Positions 29,617 through 39,750 of a stretch of DNA of 64,000 nucleotides are shown here, one piece after another; within the stretch, counting starts at the first letter, position 1, and each line of letters starts with the position of its first letter. Both the position numbers and the translations under genes were made by a program. The DNA comes from a virus: positions 32,001 to 96,000 of the IMG/VR virus record IMGVR_UViG_3300045988_170943; one strand, given 5' to 3'. The notes under the pieces are model-generated. The model searched no databases, was not told the origin of the DNA, and saw only the letters and a program-made list of their open reading frames with translations.

Positions 29617-30249
29617 ATGACGTCGCCTCCACTCGTGCTCAGTGTTCGGGTGGGGGCAGAAGTGTATCAACTGATCATACTCTCCTGGGTGGCCTCATGT
29701 GGTATGTGGGTCCCCAGGAGGAAGAGTTCTTCCACCCGATGCGCCCGCCAAACGGTATGCTACTCAGAGCAAGTACAGCACCTAGAGTCAGGACGCGTAA
29801 CAATGCTAGAACAAGAGGATAAAAGGTCGCCTTGGTGGTGGTTCCTTGACTTCCTGATCGGGTACCTGCCTTTCCTTCCTGTCCAGATGTTCGCCCTCCA
29901 TGACATGATGTCACAAATGGAAACAGGTGGAGGGAAGGTTTTCGCAGTAGCGTGCTACATATGCATGGTTGCTATATTCAGCGGATACTTGTCGGAATTT
30001 GGTTGCAGTCTTCGAAAACGCTGGTGCAAGAGGGGCACTGGCGAAGACGGCCTCAAGGATACGAATGTCGCAGCAGGGAAGGAATCATCCGAAGTATACA
30101 GGGTAGATCGTGTTGATCTTGTTGGTGGTGACGAGTACGACTTGTTCATGAAATACGGGCTGGGGCAACAGCACGAGGACACCAACACCCCGGAAGAAGT
30201 CTGCACACCAAGGGAGAGGTTTTACGCCGGACAAAAGGATCAGAGGTAA
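29617..30249 (+). CDS. membrane protein; tandem paralog of 30252-30665
   Basis: Shared C-terminal GG[DE]EYDLF[MV]KYGLG motif with the next ORF. Confidence 0.5.
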   Translation: MTSPPLVLSVRVGAEVYQLIILSWVASCGMWVPRRKSSSTRCARQTVCYSEQVQHLESGRVTMLEQEDKRSPWWWFLDFLIGYLPFLPVQMFALHDMMSQMETGGGKVFAVACYICMVAIFSGYLSEFGCSLRKRWCKRGTGEDGLKDTNVAAGKESSEVYRVDRVDLVGGDEYDLFMKYGLGQQHEDTNTPEEVCTPRERFYAGQKDQR

Positions 30250-30251
30250 CA

Positions 30252-30665
30252 TTGAGGCAAGAAAACCGAAGATCGAGAAGCCAACATTTCAACGACTTAC
30301 TTGTCGGGCATGCTGTCCATCTTATTGTGTCATGGACATGCTTGTCCATAATGCTAACTCAAGCGGGCGCACCGGCACGGGTGTGGGTCATAGTGGGGGT
30401 TGCAAGCACGTTCAATGCGTTGTACCACTCTGATAAGATAGCCGACATTGGGCGAATACTCCGAGAACAGGGCAAGACAGATGCCCATTGCAACACATTA
30501 ACCCAAAACAGCACGAAAAACAAAACCCCCACCAGTGATCGCATTGAACTAGTAGATGGTGGCGAGTATGATCTGTTCGTGAAGTATGGGTTAGGGGAAG
30601 ATGGTGACAAAAATGTTCAACGAGGAGAGGGTCATGTCCAGCAAAGATGCCAGCAGTTTGAGTGA
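30252..30665 (+). CDS. membrane protein; tandem paralog of 29617-30249
   Basis: Same C-terminal motif; hydrophobic N-terminus. Confidence 0.5.
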   Translation: MRQENRRSRSQHFNDLLVGHAVHLIVSWTCLSIMLTQAGAPARVWVIVGVASTFNALYHSDKIADIGRILREQGKTDAHCNTLTQNSTKNKTPTSDRIELVDGGEYDLFVKYGLGEDGDKNVQRGEGHVQQRCQQFE

Positions 30666-31032
30666 GATTGATTCTGCGTTCAGTATCGTAAAGAAGGTGC
30701 ACCATGAGGTCATTGAAAATGGTGGCAGCGTTGCTGACGCAATCAGAATGCTCACACGCTTAGCGGAAGAGGGTGGGTACACGCTGCGCATAAATGGATG
30801 CAAGGTGCTAGTACGCAAGCCACCAAAAGACGCCGCATCAATTCGCCTCAACAGGGGGCGCCGCAGCACCAACAGTGTGCAGTTAGAGATGGTGGACGCT
30901 ATCATGAACGAGGTAAAGGATAAGCCTCATAGCAGCGTATGGGGAAGTCGTGAGGTATGGGATGCTCGACACCGGAGTGCGTACAGAGTGTTATGCCAAA
31001 AGGATACACCAGTAGGCGATAGGGTCATCTGA
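30601..31032 (+). CDS. hypothetical protein (start uncertain)
   Basis: 143 aa ORF overlapping the end of the previous one; alternative start at MSSKD. Confidence 0.4.
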   Translation: MVTKMFNEERVMSSKDASSLSEIDSAFSIVKKVHHEVIENGGSVADAIRMLTRLAEEGGYTLRINGCKVLVRKPPKDAASIRLNRGRRSTNSVQLEMVDAIMNEVKDKPHSSVWGSREVWDARHRSAYRVLCQKDTPVGDRVI

Positions 31033-31131
31033 CCTAGCCCTGTAGTATGAGTCACAAGTGGGCAGGGTTGATCTGTTGTGCGCCCGTCTGGTACCATGAG
31101 GAACACAGCAGTTCAAGGAGGTTTTGGTGAT

Positions 31132-31506
31132 ATGCTGCTTGATATCCCCAACGACATTGCAAGACTGTTTATCATGAAGCAGATCGCTACGAAGATGCTT
31201 CTGGAAGAGCCGTTTAATACTCACGAAGAGATGCGATTCAGTGAGGAGTTGATGCTGGACGTTGAAGTCGAGGACGGTCTAGCACAGGTTACTCTCTACG
31301 ACGCGGCTCTGCGGAGCATCATCCCAGTCAAGTCAGACAAGCACCCCAACGGGTGGCCACTGACTAGGGAGGGACTGTCACCAAACGACCTAGATGAGAT
31401 CGACTCCCTTGTGTACACTTTCTTCTTCTCTCACTACCCAAGTCAGGAGCGAACTTTCCTAGTGCACACCTGGGAGAACGCTTTTCACCGCTTCATTGTG
31501 AGTTAA
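31132..31506 (+). CDS. hypothetical protein
   Basis: SD caaggagg 10 nt before ATG 31132. Confidence 0.5.
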   Translation: MLLDIPNDIARLFIMKQIATKMLLEEPFNTHEEMRFSEELMLDVEVEDGLAQVTLYDAALRSIIPVKSDKHPNGWPLTREGLSPNDLDEIDSLVYTFFFSHYPSQERTFLVHTWENAFHRFIVS

Positions 31507-31561
31507 CAAGCCCCCAGAACGAGATCTCTACATCATCACACATCAAGGAAAGGATACTGTT

Positions 31562-32050
31562 GTGTCAACATACTCGTACATAGACAATCTGAAGTTTGAC
31601 GCCAACTTCAAGGGGGCGAAGATTTCTAAAGAGGAATGGGATAATCTTGTGAACGACACGCTTGATATGACTTTCCTTACTAGCGTGATCGATTTCAAGC
31701 CAAAGTTCAACAAGGCGGGGCATGTCACTAAAGTCAATGCCGAGGATGCAGGAAGAGATAACTCGGCACTATATCTCCCTGACGAACTGCGGGTCATGAA
31801 GAGATTCCTTGACGATCGTGGTGTCAAATACACCCTGGAGTTCGATGTCATCACTGGTCGAACCGCAGAGATCAACCGGTTCAAGATTAGCGACAAGAAC
31901 CCTGACGTCATGATCTCAACATGTGAGGTAGTGTTCAAGGGCTTCGTGCCTATCACCGAGGTGGACAGAGAGAACATTCCAGAGTACGGAAGCACCCTTT
32001 ACGACTTCTCTATCCCCAGTAAGCCGTACTCGCCGGACCCCTCAGTGTGA
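31562..32050 (+). CDS. hypothetical protein, family K (paralog of 56058-56555 minus)
   Basis: GTG start with SD aaggaaagga. Similarity along the whole length to 56058-56555. Confidence 0.6.
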   Translation: MSTYSYIDNLKFDANFKGAKISKEEWDNLVNDTLDMTFLTSVIDFKPKFNKAGHVTKVNAEDAGRDNSALYLPDELRVMKRFLDDRGVKYTLEFDVITGRTAEINRFKISDKNPDVMISTCEVVFKGFVPITEVDRENIPEYGSTLYDFSIPSKPYSPDPSV

Positions 32051-32256
32051 ACTCCCTATAGGTGTCGCATACCCTTACACCCCTTGATGCATCCGTGCTC
32101 CCCTGTAGCGTGTGATCTGTTTCACCAGATCGCGTGTTGCAGGGGAGCATGCTTGCAGGCTATACTGACACCACAAGCCAGAATCTCGTGTTCACCCGGA
32201 TCACAGTGGACTGAGACACCACAAACACACAGCAGACACTAGAGAGGTGCAATAAC

Positions 32257-32853
32257 ATGACTGACCACTCCGCATCGTACTGGGTGATTCTCAAAAACCG
32301 CCACGGCGAGTACATGCCTACACAAATGCATGTAGATGAGAGTACTCCAGGGAATCTGAGGAGCATGATCAAGTTCATGCTCCACGACACCGACACCTTC
32401 CAGCAATTCTTTCTGGACATGTGCAAGGAAATTACACGCATCAAAGGGGCCGACGTCTTAGACAAGGACGAGTTCACGTCCATAGGATTCTTCATTTCCA
32501 AGAACTCACTACTCCAGTCACATGATGATGAACCGTTCGTGCTGTACCTGGAAGCCTTGGAGGATCGAGTTGGTGAGGACAGGTTTCCTCCTCGATTCAC
32601 CACCAAAGAGGAAGCCATTAAGCATGCCACTTCACACAAGAGTAATGGGATCAGTATCCTCCTTGACCCCTACTCAGGTAAGGGCAGCATGGGCACCTAC
32701 TGGTTCTGGTCAACCAAAACCAAGTTCCCCCTCTCCTACTACATTGACAGCGACACACACGACACGCCTAAGGTCAGTGTCACTGTCTCTCCTGGCGAAA
32801 TCATGCGGGTGGACGGCTACATGATGAGTGCCGATGAGAAGGAGATTGCCTGA
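32257..32853 (+). CDS. hypothetical protein
   Basis: 198 aa ORF. Confidence 0.5.
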   Translation: MTDHSASYWVILKNRHGEYMPTQMHVDESTPGNLRSMIKFMLHDTDTFQQFFLDMCKEITRIKGADVLDKDEFTSIGFFISKNSLLQSHDDEPFVLYLEALEDRVGEDRFPPRFTTKEEAIKHATSHKSNGISILLDPYSGKGSMGTYWFWSTKTKFPLSYYIDSDTHDTPKVSVTVSPGEIMRVDGYMMSADEKEIA

Positions 32854-32964
32854 CACTCAGGGCTATCCACAGACCCCGGACGCTTTCACCTTTAAGCGTC
32901 CGGGGCTGCTCTGTCGGGGCGACTTTCCATCTAAGCACGGAGTCAACAAGCATCTAGCGTATTA

Positions 32965-33759
32965 TCAAGAATCTATGTCGTCTATACTAGGTATTTGCAT
33001 GTCTGGGATACCCCATGTTACCCAGTTCGACTTGATACTATATCCTAGTTCCTTGTTGACACGTGCTGCCACCCTTTCAGCGATGTTGTCAGCAGAACTC
33101 TTGATCTTGAAAAGCGACTCGTCCGACAGCATGCGATAAGTCAACCTGATGAAGTTCAGGATAGGAACTACATTTGCCTGAATACAATCACACTCGTTCC
33201 TCAGGATCATGTTTCCGTCATCACCCTCCTGTAGGCAGGGATGAATCATGGAGTAAGCAGTATCCTCAAGACAACGCTTCAGCACTGACACATCCTCATC
33301 AGAGAGATCACGAGGAAAGCCTGTGTACTCAGCATTGAACTTGAAAAGAGTCATGTCAGGAACATAAGCATCTACCTTAACACGGGCATGAAACCCTATG
33401 CTGACCAAACCATCCTTATCGAGCAGGTGAATTGCAATCTGGTCAGGTGATTCGTAGTCATCACTCACTCTCGCCTCAGCGACATAGAATGGGGGATTGA
33501 TGTTATTGACCTTGCACACATCCTCAAGATCAAGAACATTGGTAGGTAGAGTCACCTCAACATGATCCTCGTCCAACACATTGTCCTTGGCCCTGATGAC
33601 AGCATTCTGGATATTGTCTCCATCGCTGACTGAACTGGTGACTGATCCATCTGGCAGAGTAAACTCGATTGACAGAACCTCTCTTCCGTTCAAAGGAGTA
33701 AGGACACTGTTGAGGTACCCAGCGATCTCATTCATCTTTGTCTTTCCATTCTCAGTCAT
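32965..33759 (-). CDS. hypothetical protein
   Basis: 264 aa ORF, first of a minus-strand low-GC block. Confidence 0.5.
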   Translation of the reverse strand: MTENGKTKMNEIAGYLNSVLTPLNGREVLSIEFTLPDGSVTSSVSDGDNIQNAVIRAKDNVLDEDHVEVTLPTNVLDLEDVCKVNNINPPFYVAEARVSDDYESPDQIAIHLLDKDGLVSIGFHARVKVDAYVPDMTLFKFNAEYTGFPRDLSDEDVSVLKRCLEDTAYSMIHPCLQEGDDGNMILRNECDCIQANVVPILNFIRLTYRMLSDESLFKIKSSADNIAERVAARVNKELGYSIKSNWVTWGIPDMQIPSIDDIDS

Positions 33760-33810
33760 ACTAAAACCTCTCTCTGGTGTTTTTGTAACCCGTCACTTCA
33801 GGACGCACAA

Positions 33811-34218
33811 TCAGGACGTCTCACTCTGTAGTCCACGAATAGCGCTGGTAAGTAAATGGGTTTCTATCTCACGGATACGCTCTACGCTTACTCCTTTCAC
33901 AACGAACGCCCTTCCACCTTTAGATACAACATTGCTGATATAGGCCCGTGTACGCACTTCAAGGTCACTCAGTGAAGATGCCTCAACTCGCACTATATAC
34001 CTACCTAAAACATGTCCACGAAAAACATCATCTGCACATAGGTGTCTAATATAGGTTCGCTTTCCATTGCTTTTGACTTCAATGTGGTAACTATAATGTT
34101 CGATATACGTTTCCGCATCTTTCTCTCTCTGTTGGTTTGTTCGTCTTTTAAAGAAATCTGCCACATTCCTATTGAGATTCTTAATCATTCTTGATGGCGT
34201 AACATTCATTGAGATCAC
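33811..34218 (-). CDS. hypothetical basic protein
   Basis: 135 aa ORF in low-GC block. Confidence 0.45.
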   Translation of the reverse strand: MISMNVTPSRMIKNLNRNVADFFKRRTNQQREKDAETYIEHYSYHIEVKSNGKRTYIRHLCADDVFRGHVLGRYIVRVEASSLSDLEVRTRAYISNVVSKGGRAFVVKGVSVERIREIETHLLTSAIRGLQSETS

Positions 34219-34268
34219 CCTCGTTATCTATCGGTCTATTCTGGACGCTCTCTTATTTAGAATAAGTT

Positions 34269-34547
34269 TTACCCCATACTCATAACTGAATTAGCAAAAG
34301 CAGCGGAAAGAAACACGACAGCAAGCGAGACGACCAGTCCTGTAGCAATCGACGCGATCATCGCAGCAGCCATCACCCAGAGCCAGGATGCTGAGATGAC
34401 ACCAAGCACTTTCAGCAGTGATGTTGCGGCAAAGCATGTAACGACCACAACCGCTGCGATGACGGCACCCCACCTGAATAGGGTCCTCTTGTCACTATCC
34501 TGTGCGTTAAAGGCGCCATCTGTGATGCTGTTAAAATCTGCGCTCAT
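34269..34547 (-). CDS. small membrane protein
   Basis: 92 aa, predicted TM helices. Confidence 0.45.
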   Translation of the reverse strand: MSADFNSITDGAFNAQDSDKRTLFRWGAVIAAVVVVTCFAATSLLKVLGVISASWLWVMAAAMIASIATGLVVSLAVVFLSAAFANSVMSMG

Positions 34548-34551
34548 GATT

Positions 34552-34857
34552 TCAGTTCTTCCTCCTGTTCTTACTGTCCAGGCGCTTAGTTCCAGCGTCC
34601 AGAATCGTGTTACCGAACGACTCCACTGCTGACATGAAGGCGATGACTAGGGCCAGTCCAAGCAGGATTGCAGGGACAACGAGCCACCAGGGGATTGTGA
34701 TAATGTCAGCAACCCTGAGCACGATGGTTCCAGAGACAGCGCCAATACACAGAACAAAACGAGTGAACGAGGTCATCAGCAGGAAGATCTTGCGGATCCT
34801 GGCTATGTGAGCAATCCTGTTGGTAAGTAGTACGCTCTTGCCTTGTTGTGCTGTCAT
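34552..34857 (-). CDS. small membrane protein
   Basis: 101 aa, predicted TM helices; adjacent to the previous one. Confidence 0.45.
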   Translation of the reverse strand: MTAQQGKSVLLTNRIAHIARIRKIFLLMTSFTRFVLCIGAVSGTIVLRVADIITIPWWLVVPAILLGLALVIAFMSAVESFGNTILDAGTKRLDSKNRRKN

Positions 34858-35092
34858 TGTCTGCTGGGCCTTTCTGATGGTTCTGTGTGTTGCCTGCTTT
34901 TTGCTGACACACCTTCAATCTGATCAGCATCATCTCATACTTCCAGGCGAAAGTCCAGTTAAAGGTGTGTGATGTGGGTGTCAATCTTGCTGCAACAATT
35001 TGTGTGTCAAGTATCACATGTATACACAGTGCACTTGGGCGTAGAATGGCTTACAATCGCGTGTATATACCTGCACACAGAAAGGATAGTTC

Positions 35093-35647
35093 ATGACACT
35101 GGTCAGCAGCACTAATGTCAGTGCAAACAGAGGGTTTATTCTGCTTGAGGTTGTCCTCTTTCTGGCGATTGTTGGTTGCCTGTTTCTGGCGAGCATGTTC
35201 TGGCAGAGTTCACCCGACATATTTCTTAGTCGCATGCAGCGGAACGCACGGAGAGAGGCGTCTGAGATCTTGGCAAGCGTCGTCGGTGTGCTTGTGATTT
35301 TTGTTATGCTTACTGTGCTTCCGGGATTCGCTAACGGGCTCATCGGCTACACCAGTCAGGTCTACCAGGTTCAGGGCATTGTCAAGGACGCTGCCGAGAC
35401 CAACTGCTCGACAGAGGGTGAGGACTGTGCCCCAGATTTTCTTGGCAAGGTGTACATGGATGGCATCACCTTCAGCCATGATGGCGAGCAGCCAGGACCG
35501 TCTGGGGAGAGGCTTCGTCCCACTGATGTGATTGAAAAGAAGGTCACCGCTCAGTTCAGGTGCAAGAACATCAGCGGCCGCATCTTGAGCGCTCAGGAGG
35601 TCCTGGACACCTGTGACAAGGCACGCATCACTGCTATCGAGGGATGA
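35093..35647 (+). CDS. type IV pilin / pseudopilin-like protein (class III prepilin signal)
   Basis: N-terminus ...NRG|FILLEVVLFLAIVG: Gly-Phe cleavage site, Glu at +5, hydrophobic helix. Confidence 0.5.
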   Translation: MTLVSSTNVSANRGFILLEVVLFLAIVGCLFLASMFWQSSPDIFLSRMQRNARREASEILASVVGVLVIFVMLTVLPGFANGLIGYTSQVYQVQGIVKDAAETNCSTEGEDCAPDFLGKVYMDGITFSHDGEQPGPSGERLRPTDVIEKKVTAQFRCKNISGRILSAQEVLDTCDKARITAIEG

Positions 35648-35989
35648 GCGTACCTGGATTAGGCGTCCTATCCGTCCATAAAGAGACAACCCGGAGGCCA
35701 TATGTTTTAGCACTCCGGTTTGTTCATTTGTGCTCTGGTTAAACACAAATGCTATGACAAGTTATCACCACTTGCGCGCCTTCTTCTTGTCGTCATCGTT
35801 AGAGTAGTCGCCCCAGCCTCGCTTAATCTTCTCCCAGGGGTCGGGGTTTGGGTCAAATGGATCAGCCATATTCTTCTCCTCAATGTGTACGGCTTTTGCT
35901 TACTGGACTGAACCATGTCCTCACCGATTCTGGTTCTGGCAACCTTAAGACCACGAGAGGTGAACCACTGGTGCTTGTTCACCTCTGGA

Positions 35990-36679
35990 TTACTTAGTCA
36001 GGATAGTAGGCACACAGAAGAAAATGGGTGAGATGTCGTGTTCCTCCTCATATGAGATAGGATCGTTTGGGAAGATGTCGTAGTAGTCGAAGATGTTGCC
36101 GTCCTGAGGGTGCTCAGGCTCTCCACAGGTCTCTGCTCGAAGGTCACGGATGACCTTTCTCAAGGACTCCTCCATCTTACGAGCATCCTTGTCGAGGAGG
36201 TTGTTCCTGCTGCCCTTGCGAGTAACGGAGACAAGTGCTCGGTACTTCTCTGACGACCACTTGGTGGCGCTGAACTCCACCTTAAAGTCGTCAGAGGGCA
36301 TCTCAACACCTCGTGCAAGAAGGTTGAGATAGACCCATTCCGCCACCTTCTGAGCGCGTCCAGCATGGTTCTTGATCATGGGGAACTCAAGATTCCATTT
36401 GGGCTGACGCGGACTCCTGAATGTACCTGTGTACAACTTCTCGCACCCGAAAGCGACAACACTTCCGTTCTTGAAGGACCTCTGAGCGAGTACTTCACCA
36501 CCCTTCTCAGTCCAGTCGTAGTGGAAAAACCTGTACGCCTTGACCCGCCACAAGAGACCGCTCTCATCAGTGTGAAGCCACTTCTCCTGACCAAGAAGAA
36601 TCTTCGGCTCAACACCGAAAGCCTGCTGAATGTGGTGCTTTGCAAAGAGAATGGTGTTGTCTCTGAGGTCGTTTCCCAT
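35990..36679 (-). CDS. hypothetical protein (start refined to MGNDLRDNT)
   Basis: SD aaggagaggg before ATG 36679. Co-directional with the ligase-like gene. Confidence 0.5.
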   Translation of the reverse strand: MGNDLRDNTILFAKHHIQQAFGVEPKILLGQEKWLHTDESGLLWRVKAYRFFHYDWTEKGGEVLAQRSFKNGSVVAFGCEKLYTGTFRSPRQPKWNLEFPMIKNHAGRAQKVAEWVYLNLLARGVEMPSDDFKVEFSATKWSSEKYRALVSVTRKGSRNNLLDKDARKMEESLRKVIRDLRAETCGEPEHPQDGNIFDYYDIFPNDPISYEEEHDISPIFFCVPTILTK

Positions 36680-36925
36680 GGTCCCTCTCCTTTTTGTTCC
36701 TGCTGTGGACCTTCGAACCTTCTGTCTTGACTGATGAGTCAATGCTAGGCCGACCAGGGGTCCCAGGCAACCCCAAAACAAGTGAACCAGATCACTTGAA
36801 TACCAAAGAGGATTTTGATGTGACTGCCTTGCTGCTGCCTGTGTCGCATACATCACAACATTTTTTGATCGACCAAGCAAAAAAGAGGCGACCTCAGTCG
36901 GTTAGAACCAAGGCCGCCTCACACC

Positions 36926-37624
36926 TCAGCGGCGCTTACCACGTCCGCGACGGCGACGGCTCTGGGAGGGCTTGGGGCGCTCATCCATCTCAGGGAAGAA
37001 GTCCTTGCAGCGTACCTTGAAGCGCGGCTCAATCAGGTTTCCGTTCTCGTCGGCGACCCAGAACACGATCCCCTCAATGTTTCGGGCACGGAAGTCAGCG
37101 AAGATGGGCTCCAGCATCGCAAAGGGGTCATCACTGGCAAGGATCTCCTGAATGGCAGGGAACTCGGTGGCTCGCTCACAGCCATGGATCCGCAACTCAT
37201 CAGCAGCAACCTTCTCAGGGTTACCGTTGATCTTAGGTCCCAACAGTTCGAAGGTGGTGTCCTTAGGCGGCTCGGCCCCGTTGTCCTCAATGAATCGAGC
37301 GATAGCCCGGTTGAGGAACTTCTTCATGGAGGAAGAATCCTTGGGCTCCCACCCGAAAGTGATGCCAGTGTTAGGGTCTGTCTCCAGGGGAATGAACCCC
37401 TCAGGTGCCTCCTTGCCAGGACGCACAGCCCGGCGAGTAAACCACTCCCCATCAGCGTCACAGAACACGGCTGTCCCGTCGCGCTTGAACGTGGGAACGA
37501 TTCGCTTCCCCTCGGCCAGGGTGTTGGAAATGAGGTCACGGATGTCTCCACGAATAGTGTGGAGTACCGTGCGGTCGCCCTCCTCGTTGAAGTGGAGGTT
37601 AAAAATGACGGGCATCTTCTTCAT
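36926..37624 (-). CDS. putative ligase-like nucleotidyltransferase (weak motif-level call)
   Basis: KRDGT (motif I-like KxDG), EGIVFW (motif IV-like), FKVRCK (motif V-like), basic C-terminal tail. Order fits covalent nucleotidyltransferases but spacing is atypical. Confidence 0.25.
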   Translation of the reverse strand: MKKMPVIFNLHFNEEGDRTVLHTIRGDIRDLISNTLAEGKRIVPTFKRDGTAVFCDADGEWFTRRAVRPGKEAPEGFIPLETDPNTGITFGWEPKDSSSMKKFLNRAIARFIEDNGAEPPKDTTFELLGPKINGNPEKVAADELRIHGCERATEFPAIQEILASDDPFAMLEPIFADFRARNIEGIVFWVADENGNLIEPRFKVRCKDFFPEMDERPKPSQSRRRRGRGKRR

Positions 37625-37898
37625 TGCTACTGCCCCTTTCTCCTGGTCATCGGTGCCAGGGTTGGTATCTTGCCTGTTTGTGGCACCACTATAGGCAGGT
37701 CGCCCAGACAGTCGCAAGCCCTGAATCAGTGAAGCGGGTCACAAACGCGAGGCACTGGCTCTATCAACATGTGCCCCATGTCACCAATGTTTCCGCTTGC
37801 CTCTAGGTGCTTGCTGGTGTAGAGTGTGGGACGGTGCCAGGCGTATGATGCTGAAGTTGTAACATCCTGGAAAGTCCTATCGTGAAAGAGAAGCAAGC

Positions 37899-38546
37899 AT
37901 GTCTGACAATACTGACGGCATTGTTCAGAGTACTCGTGAGGCGATGGCCCGTATCAGGGAGGTAAGGTCGGGTAATGACCTGGCTTGTGCTTTAGATGAC
38001 CTCCCCTTGGAGGCTGCTATGAAGTGGGGTCTGGAGTGCCCGGCTGTTGACAAGGTGTTCACTGCCTGGATGCGTGAAGCATGTAGGGACGCAGTGTTTG
38101 TTGTGGATGAGTACGCGGCCAACAATGACTTTGAACTCACCATCGTCTACTACGACTACGATGATGGCTACTGGTACGTCTCTGGGTGGGTAGTGGGTGA
38201 CGAGAATGTTCACTACAAGGACATGGAGGCGGCCCGAGAAGCCTACCTGTACCTCAGCAAGGACCGGCACCCTTGCGAGACTGCCCAGGAGTATGGGACA
38301 ACTGAGGAGTATCTTGCTGACATCCGCCAGAAGGCCATCAAGATCAGCGGGATCGTTGGTGTACGTCGAGCGTGCGAACTGATGACTGATGCCGCTGAAC
38401 GTGCCGGGTACGTGGTTGAGGATCTGGGTGAGACGTCCGAGGAGAACTACTACATTGGTGTCATCACCATGGTCGGGAAGGACGGGACAGAGTACGAGGT
38501 TGGTCATGGCCGACCCAAGATCTGCCTGAGCGACATCAAGAAGTAA
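37899..38546 (+). CDS. hypothetical protein, family J
   Basis: Paralog of 22467-23111. Confidence 0.65.
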   Translation: MSDNTDGIVQSTREAMARIREVRSGNDLACALDDLPLEAAMKWGLECPAVDKVFTAWMREACRDAVFVVDEYAANNDFELTIVYYDYDDGYWYVSGWVVGDENVHYKDMEAAREAYLYLSKDRHPCETAQEYGTTEEYLADIRQKAIKISGIVGVRRACELMTDAAERAGYVVEDLGETSEENYYIGVITMVGKDGTEYEVGHGRPKICLSDIKK

Positions 38547-38564
38547 GTAGCAGGAGGACAGGCC

Positions 38565-38966
38565 ATGTGGTTGAATACTGTTAGCGGCGAAATTGACCTC
38601 AAAATCAGTAGGGATGAGGTGGAATCCTTCACCAGCAGACTCAAAAGCGCAATCGGGGAGGATGGAGACCTCAACGTGGCTGCTAGAGACTCTTGGAGGA
38701 AAGGGCATCTCAGTGTCTCCTTCACCTACAGCACCAGCAAGGATATTCACGAGTTCTCAACCATGAGGGCTATCCAGGAGGTAGCGGACCAAAACGGCCG
38801 CAACCACTATGTCAGCGTGACATTCGTTGACATGAGAAACTTCGCTGACGCCAGATCTCCACGAATGACTGTATATGACCTTAGAATGTCAGAGATGCCA
38901 GTGATTGAGATGGAGGATAATTCTTTCACGGCGGACATTGAGTCGATGACCCCTTGGATGCTGTGA
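38565..38966 (+). CDS. hypothetical protein, family E
   Basis: Paralog of 5994-6410; SD gcaggagg. Confidence 0.6.
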   Translation: MWLNTVSGEIDLKISRDEVESFTSRLKSAIGEDGDLNVAARDSWRKGHLSVSFTYSTSKDIHEFSTMRAIQEVADQNGRNHYVSVTFVDMRNFADARSPRMTVYDLRMSEMPVIEMEDNSFTADIESMTPWML

Positions 38967-39045
38967 CCCTATCGCCTTAAGTTGAGGGGAGCGTCAGAGT
39001 CATAGCATGCGCGGTGGTCGCACCCTCAGTGTCATTGTGTGAGCC

Positions 39046-39093
39046 AGTTCACTCGCCCCAGTGTTGCATTCACCGTTACCCCATGTGTACGCT
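39046..39093 (+). promoter_or_regulatory. Shared-type promoter AGTTCAC-N11-TTGCAT-N18-TACGCT
   Basis: Motif match upstream of 39147. Confidence 0.5.
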
Positions 39094-39146
39094 GTAGCCA
39101 GAAGCCGGGAGGAAGAGCCTGACCGGCAAGAGTAACAGGAATTAAG

Positions 39147-39527
39147 ATGGCTGACTTCTTCGATAGCGATGTTGTTGCCTCCGGCGTGGAGCAGTATGTC
39201 CTCTTTGGTATCCCCACGCGGGCGGTAGCCACCACTTTCAATGGAGAATACGACCTCGTTTCGCCTTATGGTTCCACTGGTGACGAGGATGAGGGGATCG
39301 AGATCTGGCTCTCCGGCGAGGAGGGTGAGGATGAGGACGGGATCTTCATCCGTGGCACCATTGAGCGCGGTGTTCCGGGCGACCTGATTGCCCGGGAGAT
39401 CGACACTGTTGATGCCTGGCAGGATGAGGATGGGACTCCCCATGTCCTTATCGCTGCTGGAGGCTACGAGGTTGTTCTCACTGGCGATCCTGATGCTCTG
39501 GGGTGGGTGGCTTCTCTGGGGGTTTGA
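39147..39527 (+). CDS. hypothetical acidic protein
   Basis: Promoter plus SD on the plus strand; preferred over the antisense 39000-39539 ORF. Confidence 0.5.
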   Translation: MADFFDSDVVASGVEQYVLFGIPTRAVATTFNGEYDLVSPYGSTGDEDEGIEIWLSGEEGEDEDGIFIRGTIERGVPGDLIAREIDTVDAWQDEDGTPHVLIAAGGYEVVLTGDPDALGWVASLGV

Positions 39528-39750
39528 CAGCAAGCGCAAGACAAGAAGAGCGCGTGAGGGGCCTCTGTCGTTCGGTAGCAGGCAGAGTCCCCTTACGACC
39601 TTCTGCCCAACTACCTACAGGGACACATGTTGTGTGCCACAGGCCCAGATGTTGCCTTTAGGGTGCCTTGTCGTGTATAGTCAGCAAGAGAGAGCATCAG
39701 ATCATCTAGAGTGCTCTGTGATGTTTGCATGAAATGGGAGGGACCCCGTA

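Noticed and set aside
37152-37732. Two overlapping ~180 aa plus-strand ORFs
   Set aside because: Antisense to the minus-strand gene 36926-37624, which has an SD and a defined start. The products are low-complexity Ser/Arg-rich.
37992-38750. 252 aa minus-strand ORF
   Set aside because: Antisense to the family J and E genes on the plus strand.
39000-39539. 179 aa minus-strand ORF
   Set aside because: It completely overlaps 39147-39527 on the plus strand. That gene has a consensus promoter, a leader and an acidic product like its neighbours, so the minus ORF is read as an antisense shadow of GC-rich coding DNA.
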